Source of the DNA: Opitutales bacterium
Lineage (GTDB): Bacteria; Verrucomicrobiota; Verrucomicrobiia; Opitutales; PNEW01
DNA: 64,000 nucleotides
Assembly (NCBI GenBank): GCA_965197745.1
Contig: CBDANS010000006.1
Location: 736,001-800,000 of the forward strand
Direction of reading: 5' to 3'
The notes under the pieces were generated by a model, which saw nothing but the letters and a program-made list of their open reading frames with translations, did no database searches and was not told the DNA's origin. Shown one piece after another: positions 48,971 through 59,791 of this stretch. The translations under genes were made by a program, and so were the position numbers. Position 1 is the first letter of the stretch, and each line of letters starts with the position of its first letter.

Positions 48971-50334
48971 ACGACAATCAAAGCCGGGAAGAAAGTTTTT
49001 CCTATAACCAGAAAATTCTGAATTATATTCATCAGGCAGCCGAAAGCGGCGTCTATGATATTCGCGGTCTTGGAGCGAAGCGTCAGTTGCCCACCTTCGA
49101 CGACCTGGTTTTCCTCACTGCCTCGATGTCACGTTATCCCCTGGAAGGTTACCGCGAAAAATGTGAAACCAAAACGGTATTGGGGACACGTCACGCTAAG
49201 AAACCCATCGAGTTGGAAATTCCTATTACTATCGCGGGGATGAGTTTTGGTTCTTTGTCCGCCAATGTTAAGGAAGCCCTGGGTCGCGCCGCAACAGAGA
49301 TGGGAACGTCGACAACAACCGGGGACGGAGGGATGACGCCGGAAGAGCGGCAATCTTCCAAGACCCTCGTTTACCAGGTACTGCCTTCGAGATATGGATT
49401 AAACCCGGACGATTTGCGTAAAGCAGATGCGATTGAAATCGTAGTTGGTCAAGGGGCCAAGCCCGGCGGTGGAGGCATGTTGCTTGGATTAAAAGTGGGG
49501 GAACGAGTCGCGGAAATGAGGACCTTACCGGAAGGAATTGATCAGCGTTCCGCCTGCCGGCACCCCGACTGGACGGGCCCCGATGACCTCGCCATTAAAA
49601 TTCTGGAGTTGCGGGAAATTACCGACTGGGAAGTCCCCATCTATGTAAAGATCGGCGCCACGCGCGTTAAAGATGATGTCAAACTAGCCGTAAAATCAGG
49701 AGCTGATGTCATCGTCCTTGACGGGATGCAGGGGGGGACCGCGGCGACCCAGGAAGTGTTCATCGAACACGCCGGTATACCCACATTGCCCGCAGTGCGT
49801 CTTGCTGTTGAAGCGCTCGAGGAGATTGATATGTATGGTACCGTGCAGCTGATACTCTCGGGGGGAATACGCACCGGAGCTGATGCGGCCAAAGCGCTCG
49901 CCCTGGGAGCAGATGCCGTTTCATTAGGACAGGCGGTCCTCATGGCACTGGGTTGCAACAGCTCTCAATACGTGGATGGAAATGATCAGGTTGACGTCAC
50001 TAAAGAGTACCAGACCCTGGGAACATCTCCGGGTTTTTGTCATCATTGCCACACCGGCCTATGCCCGGTAGGGGTAACGACACAGCTCCCCGACCTGGAG
50101 AAACGCATGCAACCGGAATGGGGCGCACGACGTTTAAAAAATTATCTGCAAACCGTCACCATGGAAATGACGACCCTGACGCGCGCTTGCGGAAACTCCA
50201 ATGTTCATCATCTCGAACGGGAAGACCTTGTTGCTCTCACGGTCGAGGCTGCAGCCATGGCCAAACTGCCGCTCGCCGGCACCGATTGGATACCGGGAGA
50301 AGAAAAACACGATACAGGATGCAGTATTCATTGA
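48967..50334 (+). CDS. mgsC: N-methylglutamate synthase subunit C (FMN glutamate synthase-like)
   Basis: GMSFGSLS, TTTGDGG, GQGAKPGGGG, RHPDWTGPDDL, CHHCHTGLCPVG; ATGA overlap with the mgsB stop. Confidence 0.9.
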   Translation: MNDNQSREESFSYNQKILNYIHQAAESGVYDIRGLGAKRQLPTFDDLVFLTASMSRYPLEGYREKCETKTVLGTRHAKKPIELEIPITIAGMSFGSLSANVKEALGRAATEMGTSTTTGDGGMTPEERQSSKTLVYQVLPSRYGLNPDDLRKADAIEIVVGQGAKPGGGGMLLGLKVGERVAEMRTLPEGIDQRSACRHPDWTGPDDLAIKILELREITDWEVPIYVKIGATRVKDDVKLAVKSGADVIVLDGMQGGTAATQEVFIEHAGIPTLPAVRLAVEALEEIDMYGTVQLILSGGIRTGADAAKALALGADAVSLGQAVLMALGCNSSQYVDGNDQVDVTKEYQTLGTSPGFCHHCHTGLCPVGVTTQLPDLEKRMQPEWGARRLKNYLQTVTMEMTTLTRACGNSNVHHLEREDLVALTVEAAAMAKLPLAGTDWIPGEEKHDTGCSIH

Positions 50335-50616
50335 AAATTTCTCTTGCTTGGAAGTTTTCCACGGGCGCGTCCTTCTAAAATCGCGCCAGGGACCAGCCGT
50401 CGTCCCGCAGTGGCGGGACTATGGCCGGCAGGCACGATTCGACTGAGCTCGTCGCAGGTCGCGTTCCACCTTTCGTTTCAACTTTTTTACTTTTCTCTAA
50501 AGGAAATTGATTATGAGAAAACAAATGTATTATAGAATTCTAAGTATAAATAAATAATAATGTCTCTCTAAAATAAATCTTGTGCTGCTTGTGCATCTTG
50601 TGGCTATTTATTCTCT

Positions 50617-51648
50617 ATGGCAGAGCAAATTGTAAATAAATTAAATATTGCAGTGACCACTCCGGTCCTTCCGGACGGGAATGTTGCGGAAGAACAATTT
50701 AAAGCGCATATCCGAAATTTGCGAGAAAAGGGATTTGATGGCGAGCCGATCATCGATGGAATTGTAACAGCCGCATTAAACGGCGAAGCTAAATTCCTCA
50801 ATCAAAAGCAGCGGGATCAACTGATCCAGTATACGGGAGATTACCGTGATGAGGATCCCGATATTAACTTGATGGTCGCCACGCTTAGAGCTACCGAGGA
50901 TGAGTTGGACGAAGACTTTAAGACCCTGGATAGTAAAAATTTTACGGCCCTCGTGGTAGCGCCCCCGATGAACGACTCCGATCTCACTGATGATAAAATG
51001 GCAGATATCGTGGAGAAGGGATTTCAGATTACCGGACTGCCCATTTTGCTATACAACACACAGCAAGCTATCTTTACCTGCCGACTAAGCACGGTGCAAG
51101 CGGCATACAAACGCATAGGGGAAAACCTTCTGGGAATAAAAGATACACAAAATACCGATGTCATGACTCGTGATTATTCCAAACTGGTGCGAAGGGCAGG
51201 CAGTAGTGAAGTGCTGCCGATTATTATTGCCCAGGGCATGGATAAGCTTTTAGCCCCGGTGTGGGAAGAACAGAGCGTATTAAGAGATCAGGGGCTTTAT
51301 AAATATGAACCGACTAATATTTCCGGCTCATCTAATGTAAAGGACCTGGCTATTTTAACCGGCTACATGAAACATTATATAAAAAACGGTGATTGGGGAA
51401 AAGTTTTTGAGATTCAAAATTGTCTTAATACAGAATTTATGACGCTTCTCCTATGGAATGTTGTCGCCCTGGGAGGTGAGCAAGGAACGTGGAAGTCGTC
51501 GGTCAACTTTGAAATTCCAGATTATCCAATTGCCACGGTTGAAAATCCCAAAAGCCCGATCAAGACACTTACTGCTGATCAGGTAGCCCAAAAACACGCT
51601 ACCTGTCGTTACATAAAAGAACGTATAAAAACGTTTGCGCCAAATTAG
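50617..51648 (+). CDS. Divergent DHDPS/N-acetylneuraminate lyase family aldolase
   Basis: AVTTP, ALNGE, LLYN, GIKDT (Schiff-base Lys). Confidence 0.7.
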   Translation: MAEQIVNKLNIAVTTPVLPDGNVAEEQFKAHIRNLREKGFDGEPIIDGIVTAALNGEAKFLNQKQRDQLIQYTGDYRDEDPDINLMVATLRATEDELDEDFKTLDSKNFTALVVAPPMNDSDLTDDKMADIVEKGFQITGLPILLYNTQQAIFTCRLSTVQAAYKRIGENLLGIKDTQNTDVMTRDYSKLVRRAGSSEVLPIIIAQGMDKLLAPVWEEQSVLRDQGLYKYEPTNISGSSNVKDLAILTGYMKHYIKNGDWGKVFEIQNCLNTEFMTLLLWNVVALGGEQGTWKSSVNFEIPDYPIATVENPKSPIKTLTADQVAQKHATCRYIKERIKTFAPN

Positions 51649-51802
51649 TACGATATAGCGAATTGCGTGTAGGAGCGAATGAACCTGTTATTCGCAGGCA
51701 CAGTGATAATCCCCGTAAATGGAAGATGTCGTTGCGCTCGGAATGATAAAATAACGAATAAGCGCAATATGTTCTAAATATCTTCTTACAACATACAATC
51801 CT

Positions 51803-52272
51803 ATTGTCATTGCGAGGAGCAACGCAACGCAGCAATCCAAGCATATAGTCATTGTGCCTGCGAATACCAGTCTGCGCTCATATCTTTCCAAAAAGGGTTC
51901 GTTTCTTCGATTAAGGCTATCTTCTTTTTTCTTGAACCGGCTTTGATTTGCTTTTCCCGTGCAATCGCATTTTGAATATCATAAAAGGGTTCGAGAAAGA
52001 CCAAAACTGTATATTTCTTATTTATTTGTGAACCCTTCTTTTATTTTATTTTTATGTTCCCATACTCTACGCAATAGATTGCGTGTGACCCCCGTGTATT
52101 GTGTTCCGTTACGTTTATTCGCTAGAATGTAAACATAATATACATTGCGCATATATATTTTATTCGGTTTATATATGATATTGGTTAAATCAATATTTCT
52201 GGAATGGAAGATGTCGGACTCTGCCCTCGGTAGCCGCGTCACCCGTTGCTGCGGGCTCCTCGCAATGACAAT
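51803..52272. repeat. 18-bp perfect inverted repeats (REP-like) enclosing a GIY-YIG gene
   Basis: ATTGTCATTGCGAGGAGC at 51803-51820 and its reverse complement at 52255-52272. Confidence 0.8.
51849..52152 (-). pseudogene. GIY-YIG nuclease, frameshifted near 52018
   Basis: YYVYILANKRNGTQYTGVT..LLRRVWEHK; AIAREKQIKAGSRKKKIALIEETNPFWKD in another frame. Confidence 0.85.
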
Positions 52273-52465
52273 GGAATGAACGGGTAGCGTTATTTAATTA
52301 ATTCTGCTTATCCCCTATTGTCATTACAGCGAGACGAAGCTACCGAGCGTAGCGACATCTTTCATTCCAGGGGGATGTCTGTTGCGTAATGCAGGTCTCT
52401 GGACGCGATTGTATACTCTCGGCTGAATGCTACCAAAGGAATATACAAAGCTGAGTCTATTGTAA

Positions 52466-53800
52466 TTATAGAGCTGCTTTCCGCACCTTTAAGAATAAGG
52501 TTGTAGCCATTATCAGTAATCCTGCACCCAGGGTAATAATCGTGAAGACCCAATGGAGATCATGGATTATTAACATGGGAGCGAGGGTCACGAGCAATAC
52601 TTCGAGAGGCCCGATCGCGAGGTAAGTGACCGCAAAGTCACTGAGAACATAAGCTTTATTTTTGGCATCGACAATTCGCAAAAGGGCGATGGCAATGGCC
52701 ATAATTCCCGTGACCCACCCCCAGGTATAGAGCGACTTTTCAAACCAGTATTCTCGAAAAATAATCGGTCCAAGAAAACGAAAAAGCGCCCAACAGAAGA
52801 TGACACCAACAATAAAAAGGCTGATCAGGGGATAAGCATATTTTAAAAGAATGGGTATTTGGATAGAGGATATGCCAAAGACGACAAGTATATCGGTAAA
52901 GGACCCACATAAGCGAAGCGAAGTTTTCTGATCGATGTATTGATACCCTCGAAACGCTTTCAATCCCTGCTTCATGAAAATAGCGACTAAGAAAGCTAAA
53001 GAAAATGTTGGTATGTGGTAGCTGCGCATCCATTCGGAACTCAATACGCCAAGATAATAACCGATTACCGCGGCTGCAGCGATTAGCGCAAAATGAAAAA
53101 TTAACGGATCAATAGTGAGCGGAGAAACCGTCTCTTTACCTAATGATTCACGTTTTTCTTCTGGAACCAACCCGGTGCGCAACTCATTTGGCAATTCTTT
53201 AAATGGCGTGATAAAATGGGTGGCGCCCTTATGTGATCCCCACTTAATCCATGCCATACCACCAACAATTGAACACAAAATTCCCACGGTAGCGGAAGTC
53301 ATGGCGAGCGATTGTGCCTCCTCCCATCCGTGAGCAGTAAATGTACTGCCTACGGCGGCGGCGGTGCCGTGACCTCCAATAAATCCAGCGGCTAAAAGAG
53401 CTCCAAACCCGGGATGCAGCCCAGGCCAGAAAATGCTTAAGAGAGCCAGGGCAAAGAGCATACCCAGTCCCCACTGCCCGAGCATGGTAATTGTCGAGTA
53501 GGCCCACAATTCACCTGCCCTTCGGCTGCTCCTTGAGAAGATGAAATCCTGGGAAGCGAAAGGAAGTGACGCAAAAACGAGCGCGATCAGGATACCGGGA
53601 TAATGCGCAATGAAGTTTGAGAAGGGCAGGATATCAAGACCGCCAGGTCCCAGGATAAGTCCCAAAAATCCCGCAATAATATTCGCGGGCAAGAACAATT
53701 TTTGGAGGGTGACAATCCTGCTGCGCATCCACTGCCCCAAAAGGAGCAGAATCGCCACCAGACCAAAGTCGACAAATAAACCCCATGCCGTATTTTCCAC
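52466..53800 (-). CDS. Sodium/glutamate symporter (GltS family)
   Basis: QKLFLPANIIAG, GFIGGHGTAA, multiple TM segments. Confidence 0.85.
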   Translation of the reverse strand: MENTAWGLFVDFGLVAILLLLGQWMRSRIVTLQKLFLPANIIAGFLGLILGPGGLDILPFSNFIAHYPGILIALVFASLPFASQDFIFSRSSRRAGELWAYSTITMLGQWGLGMLFALALLSIFWPGLHPGFGALLAAGFIGGHGTAAAVGSTFTAHGWEEAQSLAMTSATVGILCSIVGGMAWIKWGSHKGATHFITPFKELPNELRTGLVPEEKRESLGKETVSPLTIDPLIFHFALIAAAAVIGYYLGVLSSEWMRSYHIPTFSLAFLVAIFMKQGLKAFRGYQYIDQKTSLRLCGSFTDILVVFGISSIQIPILLKYAYPLISLFIVGVIFCWALFRFLGPIIFREYWFEKSLYTWGWVTGIMAIAIALLRIVDAKNKAYVLSDFAVTYLAIGPLEVLLVTLAPMLIIHDLHWVFTIITLGAGLLIMATTLFLKVRKAAL

Positions 53801-54001
53801 TCGCTTACTTAATAATAATAAACAAAGCGATGGAATAAAATAATGGGGTAAAATGTTTTTACTTTACACTCCTGTCTGATTTACCCTTCTGCCATGCATC
53901 CTCTGTGCCCCTAACACCCCGAGGACATGCAGCCTTTCATAAGTAAGCTTGAAGCATTCTATAATGAGTGATTATGTCAGGGTCATAATCATAGGGGATA
54001 A

Positions 54002-55306
54002 ATGAAAGCACGGTTTGGAATTTCAATAATGCCACTACTCTTTGGCATGGCCCTCATTGCAGTGTTGATCCTTGGGTGGATGTATTTCCAATCTCAGAGA
54101 GCGCTAAGCCAAATCGAGGATGAAAAAGTACATCTCGTCCTGGCCCTTAACGTAAGTCATAGAGATCGACCATTCTTTGTCGAGACGGTCGATGCATTTA
54201 TGAAAGAACACCCAAACATTGAGGTGGAAATTCGGAACATAGCCGGGGTCAGGTTCTATCAAAAAATACTCATCATGATGGCGGGTAAAGTGGCGCCCGA
54301 TTTAATGTGGATGGGACAGAGCTTTGCTGAATTTGCCCATAAGGGGGCGTTTCTCGATATAACTGATCGCCTCAAAGATATCCCGACCGATGAGTTTTTA
54401 CCCCAGGCCCTGAGCTGGTATCGCATGAACGGGCGGCATTACGGGGTGCCCTATGCCATTCATATGCGCATCTTCGCTTATAATAGAAAGCTTTTTGATG
54501 AGGCCGGCATTCCCTACCCCTCGGATGACTGGGACTTTGATGAGTTTTTGGAAATAACTAAAAAATTAACGGTGGATAAGGATGGCGATGGGCAAATAGA
54601 TCAATATGGTTTCCGTGGCGGTTTACACCGTGCAACATTTGGCGCGGAATTTTTTTCTGATGATGGACAGCTGGCACTTTGTAATACCCCTGAAATGTTG
54701 AACTTTTTTCAGACAAGACTGGACTTGGCCTTTAAATATAAAGTTCAACCCTCACTGGAAATGAGAAACCAGGAAGGAAGAAATTCAGCTATTGTTCTCT
54801 ATACCCCCTTTGCCCAGGGAAGATACGCGATAGTCGATTCAGGAAATGGGGATCGTGTCGTTATGCTAGAAAAATGTGCCGATATTGATTGGGATTACGT
54901 CCTCTGTCCCAAAGTAAAACGGCACGCGCAGTGGACATCAAGCGCGGCAATCGTTATTTCTGCCGATACGCGCCACCCCGATGAATCCTGGGAACTATGT
55001 AAAGTATTCATCAGTGATAAATTCCAGAAATCAATGGCCCTTTCCGGAATGCCTACTAATATTAAAGTAGCGGAAGAAGTCATTGCCGAGCACCGGGGTA
55101 CGCCCTCAAATCTAAAAGCAGTACTGAAAGCATACGATTTCCTCTACCCCACTCCGCGCGTTCCCAACTTAAAGGAACTGGAAGCGATATATGTCGATGC
55201 AGAAGAAAAAATATTGTTGCGTATGGCAACTCCCGAGGACGCGTTGAACGATGCGCAAAGAAAGATGACTCTCGCAATCAAGAAATTAAACGAGAGAAAC
55301 CGATGA
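54002..55306 (+). CDS. Carbohydrate ABC transporter substrate-binding protein
   Basis: APDL, YGVPY, YNRKLFDEAG, WDFDEF, DKDGDG loop. Confidence 0.88.
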   Translation: MKARFGISIMPLLFGMALIAVLILGWMYFQSQRALSQIEDEKVHLVLALNVSHRDRPFFVETVDAFMKEHPNIEVEIRNIAGVRFYQKILIMMAGKVAPDLMWMGQSFAEFAHKGAFLDITDRLKDIPTDEFLPQALSWYRMNGRHYGVPYAIHMRIFAYNRKLFDEAGIPYPSDDWDFDEFLEITKKLTVDKDGDGQIDQYGFRGGLHRATFGAEFFSDDGQLALCNTPEMLNFFQTRLDLAFKYKVQPSLEMRNQEGRNSAIVLYTPFAQGRYAIVDSGNGDRVVMLEKCADIDWDYVLCPKVKRHAQWTSSAAIVISADTRHPDESWELCKVFISDKFQKSMALSGMPTNIKVAEEVIAEHRGTPSNLKAVLKAYDFLYPTPRVPNLKELEAIYVDAEEKILLRMATPEDALNDAQRKMTLAIKKLNERNR

Positions 55307-56208
55307 AAAGAGAACAAGATATTACGGCGTTCGTTTTTCTCTCACCCAATATATTTGGATTCCTCGTATTTACCCTTTTCCCAGTCCTCGCCGCATTTGC
55401 CTTGAGTTTATTTCGCTGGGATATTTTTCACGCCCCTAATTTTATAGGTCTGCAAAATTATTTCGATCTTCTGGGCTGGGTTTTTGAGGATAAAACTTTC
55501 CAATGGATCGATCCTGACTTTTGGAAATTTCTCGGCAATACGGCATTTTATCTCCTGGCCATACCCTTAAGCATGGCGGCCTCTTTATTTCTGGCGATAA
55601 TTTTAAATCAAAAACTCCGGTGTCGGATTTTCTTTCGCACCGTGTTCTTTCTTCCCACTATCTCAGCGAGTGTAGGCTTATTGATCCTTTGGAAGTATCT
55701 TTACAACGGAGATTATGGCCTGTTCAACTTCCTCTTATCCAAAATCGGTATCGACGGCCCGGGCTGGCTTACCGATTATCACTGGGCGAAACCTTCGATA
55801 ATGATGATGATGATCTGGGGCAGCATGGGAGGCGTCGCCATGGTCATCTACCTCGCCGGTCTCCAGAATATCCCTCGCGAACTCTATGAAGCCGCGGAAC
55901 TTGACGGCGCTAACGGTTGGAATCAATTTTGCCATATCACCTGGCCGATGTTGGCCCCGACAACTTTCTTCATTTTCGTTACATCGATAATCGCCGGTTT
56001 TCAAAGCGGTTTTGATGCCGCTTATATATTGACTCAAGGAGGCCCGGCAGGTGCTACAACGACCCTTGATTATTACATATATAATCACGCTTTTGTCTAT
56101 TTCAATATGGGTTACTCAGCAACGATCGCGGTTGTTTTATTCTTTATCGTCTTTTGCGTCACAATGATAAATTGGCGATTTGGAGGGAAGAAAGTTCATT
56201 ATGCGTAA
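55303..56208 (+). CDS. Carbohydrate ABC transporter permease
   Basis: LQNIPRELYEAAELDGA, ITWPML. Confidence 0.92.
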   Translation: MKREQDITAFVFLSPNIFGFLVFTLFPVLAAFALSLFRWDIFHAPNFIGLQNYFDLLGWVFEDKTFQWIDPDFWKFLGNTAFYLLAIPLSMAASLFLAIILNQKLRCRIFFRTVFFLPTISASVGLLILWKYLYNGDYGLFNFLLSKIGIDGPGWLTDYHWAKPSIMMMMIWGSMGGVAMVIYLAGLQNIPRELYEAAELDGANGWNQFCHITWPMLAPTTFFIFVTSIIAGFQSGFDAAYILTQGGPAGATTTLDYYIYNHAFVYFNMGYSATIAVVLFFIVFCVTMINWRFGGKKVHYA

Positions 56209-57427
56209 TATTGAATTAACCCGGTCGGGACGACGACGTATAAGCCATGCGATGAGCTATGCCTTTTTGATTACCGTCGGTGTGACGATGTTATTTCCTT
56301 TTTTCTGGATGCTCATTACTTCCGTAAAATCACGCTATTCAGATGCCCTGAATTTAAACAAACTGCTCCCGGAAACTGTCTGGCAAATTTCCGCCAATGA
56401 TATCCGCGACTGGACTGCACTCTTCAGTAAACTAGAGCGCACAGACAGAATGAACAATTCTTCTGTACTAAAATCTATCTGGACTGCGATGGAACCCAAT
56501 GAACAAGGCAAGATCATCAGTGTGGTAAATCGAGGTAATCACGGAGAAGAGGATAAAAAAGTGTTAGTGACCGGATTGAATCTAATCCTGATTAACCAGG
56601 AACTATGGAAAAATGAAGATGCGGCGGCTGGCCTCAGACCAGAAGAAAAAGCCATTATCACAAGTAATGGTCCACTGATAAAAGGACAAAGAGTTAAAAT
56701 AAATCGCATGATTATCGATGCGCTTTTCCCCGAAGAAATACAGAAAGCGCACTGCTACCACTGGAGAAATTATCGAACGGTCTTTATAGAAATTAATTTT
56801 TATCGCGCGATTTTGAACAGTTTTTTTGTCACCTTGATGATTACGGTAGGCCAGGTATTTACCAGTTCACTGGCGGCATACGCCTTTGCCCGGCTTAATT
56901 TTTTTGCCCGTGATCATATTTTTCTCGGCTACCTGGCAACGCTGATGGTTCCTGGCACAGTTACGATGATACCGGTGTTTATTATTTTACGTGAACTCGG
57001 GTGGATTGATACCTATTACGCTCTCATTGTCCCCCCCCTATTCAGCGCTTACGGGACGTTTATGTTGCGCCAGTTCTTCCTTTCCCTACCCCGCGCGGTG
57101 GAAGAAGCCGCCATCCTCGACGGGTGTAATGCCTTTGGAGTTTACTGGCATGTCATTTTACCGCTCTCCAAACCGGGTTTATCCGCATTAGCGATACTAA
57201 CCTTTATAGGTTCCTGGAGAAGTTTCATGTGGCCATTGATCGTTTCTCATAGCGATGACATGTATACTTTGCCCGTTGCCTTATCCCTCTTCCAATCATT
57301 TTTCGAAATCGAATGGACGCTTTTAATGGCTGGATCGATTATCATGATCGCTCCCATGGTGATTATTTTCATTATCGGTCAGCGCTATTTTATAGAGGGG
57401 ATTCAGCTGGGCGCCGTGAATGGCTGA
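56201..57427 (+). CDS. Carbohydrate ABC transporter permease with large inserted loop
   Basis: LPRAVEEAAILDG, FLGYLATLMVP; ~150 extra aa after TM1. Confidence 0.88.
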   Translation: MRNIELTRSGRRRISHAMSYAFLITVGVTMLFPFFWMLITSVKSRYSDALNLNKLLPETVWQISANDIRDWTALFSKLERTDRMNNSSVLKSIWTAMEPNEQGKIISVVNRGNHGEEDKKVLVTGLNLILINQELWKNEDAAAGLRPEEKAIITSNGPLIKGQRVKINRMIIDALFPEEIQKAHCYHWRNYRTVFIEINFYRAILNSFFVTLMITVGQVFTSSLAAYAFARLNFFARDHIFLGYLATLMVPGTVTMIPVFIILRELGWIDTYYALIVPPLFSAYGTFMLRQFFLSLPRAVEEAAILDGCNAFGVYWHVILPLSKPGLSALAILTFIGSWRSFMWPLIVSHSDDMYTLPVALSLFQSFFEIEWTLLMAGSIIMIAPMVIIFIIGQRYFIEGIQLGAVNG

Positions 57428-57539
57428 ACTTTGCTTCTTTCCTCCCGGCCCGAAAAATAATCCGCGCCACCGTTCCACAACTGCTTAACAGTGGCGAATC
57501 AAGTCGAGCGTAGCACTCCAGTAATTTATCCACCCGCAC

Positions 57540-58700
57540 TTATCGCTTTTTGAAACTGAATAGAAAGAGTATAATACCCAATCCTACGCTAAGAGTGCCG
57601 ATGATACCGAAGGTGGTGGCAATTCCATACCGGGTTGTAAATGGTTGGGCAATAATTGGAGAAAAAAACATTCCCAAATAAGTGCAGGTCGCCAAACCAC
57701 CTATTGCTCGACCGCGAAATTGGAAGGGAGTCACTGTATTCAGCCATAGATTGGCATTAGGCCAGAACCAACCCAGCCCCAGTGAGGTGATGATGAGCCC
57801 GAATAATGTAAACTTAATACCCGCTGAAAAATATAAGATTATGTAGCTCACACCGAGAAATAAAAAGGAACTGAATGCTATTTCTAAAAAACTGAAGTGG
57901 GTTTTTATTTTTCCATAAGTCAAAGAAATACATGCAGACAACAAATTCATACCCGCGAGAATAAGACCAATGTGAGTGCTACTGGTATACAATAAGTCCT
58001 GCAGAAAAAAGGGTATCAGCACGGGGACAAGATAAAAGAATGAGATATGAATAAAGATAAGCGCATAGATTGACACGATGATCAAATAGGGAAGTGTCAC
58101 ATCCTCGAACTTCGACTTTTCAGGATCTTTCTTTTTAATTTGTTGCGGTTCATTGATAAAAAAAATACACGCCGGCAATATAATGACCGCTATCGCGTAG
58201 GAGATAAATGGAGCCCGCCAATGTAGATCCCCCAGGACCCCCCCCAAACTTAGAAATACAACCGCACCAAATCCCATGACGGATGTCTGAAACCCCATCA
58301 TCCTCTGCCTTTCTTCTCTTTCATAATAATCTGCAGTTAAAGCAATACAGGTGGTCAGGATGCCGCCAATTGAAATTCCCAGCAAAGCTCGCCCGATAAT
58401 CAGAGTGAAAAGCGAGTTAAGATATAACCCAGAAGTACCCGCCAGGCCAAAGACAATTAGAGAAGATATGAGTATTAACTTTCGTCCTAATCGGTCGACG
58501 ACATATCCGGCTAGTGGAGCAGTGATCGCGGTGAATAAAAAAGGGGTAGTGAGAAATAATCGGACTAACAATTCAGCATTGGGTACTCCTTGAAAATAGT
58601 CTGAGACCTTCGGCATCGCTGCGACCACCGTGGTCCCCGACATCACGGTCATACTGCTTGTCGTTAACAAGGTAGCCAGACGTATGGTATTTTTTTTCAC
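57540..58700 (-). CDS. MFS transporter
   Basis: GYVVDRLGRK motif A, GRALLG, ~12 TM segments. Confidence 0.9.
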   Translation of the reverse strand: MKKNTIRLATLLTTSSMTVMSGTTVVAAMPKVSDYFQGVPNAELLVRLFLTTPFLFTAITAPLAGYVVDRLGRKLILISSLIVFGLAGTSGLYLNSLFTLIIGRALLGISIGGILTTCIALTADYYEREERQRMMGFQTSVMGFGAVVFLSLGGVLGDLHWRAPFISYAIAVIILPACIFFINEPQQIKKKDPEKSKFEDVTLPYLIIVSIYALIFIHISFFYLVPVLIPFFLQDLLYTSSTHIGLILAGMNLLSACISLTYGKIKTHFSFLEIAFSSFLFLGVSYIILYFSAGIKFTLFGLIITSLGLGWFWPNANLWLNTVTPFQFRGRAIGGLATCTYLGMFFSPIIAQPFTTRYGIATTFGIIGTLSVGLGIILFLFSFKKR

Positions 58701-58976
58701 TTCAGGAGCCCCAGATTTCTCAAGGGTATAGGTTTAATCTGAGGGTGCTTCTAACCACAGAATCGAAAAAGTAAGCCCTTTGCGACAAATAGGAAAAGCA
58801 CTAAATTGTAAAATTCACTCTTTTTCTCATTCCTGAATAGGGCCTAAAGCCATAATTGGGGTGTTTTTAGTAAAAACCCTGTAAAACGCTTCTTTTAACC
58901 ATTATTATAGGGTATTAAACCTAGACAATTCATCACTATCACCCTATTATTATTCCCATTAGAATGATAAAATATA

Positions 58977-59573
58977 ATGAAGCACTCAGCTAACTTTAGA
59001 AAAATATTTTGCTATAGCCTGTTCTTACTGATTTTCGGGGGTGTAACGGCAATGGCACGCTTAGGGGAAAACTTTGAAGTAATCACTCAACGTCTCGGTA
59101 AGCCGAGTATCGAGATGAGAGACAAGGACACCTATGGATGGCTATTGGATCGCAGTGAGGATCACTATCTTGTTGTTGTCTTTAATAATAAGGGCAAATC
59201 AGTTGCTGAGCAGGTAAAGAGTTTCGACCGGGACCTGGATTCCGTTCAGATTTTGAATTTCTTTGAATCGGCAATTGGAAAAAAGATAAAGGAAAAAGAT
59301 TTTACTCCCGATCGCACCGTTGAATTTGCAGGTTTTAAATTAGACTTTGGTAGAACTGCGGCCACCTATTTGGACAATGCAAGTAATATACTCTATGTTT
59401 GGGAAAGAGGAGCTAACCCTTCGGCCAGTGTTTACAATAAAAAAGGGATTTGGGTCAGCCAGAATAACCGGGATAAATATAAAATGCATTCCCGGAACAA
59501 TTCACTTTTGACCTCAAAGAAACATAGAATGCTCACTTTGGGTAAGTCGACGGTGATAGCATCACAACGCTGA
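58977..59573 (+). CDS. Hypothetical exported protein
   Basis: Signal peptide (TAMA-RLGE); no recognised family. Confidence 0.65.
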   Translation: MKHSANFRKIFCYSLFLLIFGGVTAMARLGENFEVITQRLGKPSIEMRDKDTYGWLLDRSEDHYLVVVFNNKGKSVAEQVKSFDRDLDSVQILNFFESAIGKKIKEKDFTPDRTVEFAGFKLDFGRTAATYLDNASNILYVWERGANPSASVYNKKGIWVSQNNRDKYKMHSRNNSLLTSKKHRMLTLGKSTVIASQR

Positions 59574-59716
59574 ACAGTACTGTCCCCCTATTGATTAAGC
59601 CGCACGCCTCAGCTCTCTGAGCTTCAGACTTCGCCTAGACAATAATGCATTCGAATATCTATTGGGCCTTGTTCACCGATATCTGGCTTGCCAGCCGTAG
59701 CCCAATGGGCGAAGGC

Positions 59717-59791
59717 TGGTACACCCACCGGGATTCGAACCCAGATCTTTGGTTCCGGAGACCAATGTTCTATCCATTGAACTATGGGTGC
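59717..59791 (-). tRNA. tRNA-Arg(CCG)
   Basis: GCACCCA...TTGGT-CTCCGGA-ACCAA...GGTTCGAATCC...TGGGTGT-ACCA. Confidence 0.95.

Noticed and set aside
46047..50334. Ordinary glutamine synthetase and glutamate synthase
   Set aside because: GlnT-type motifs and the split three-subunit layout next to mgd-like genes fit gmaS-mgsABC
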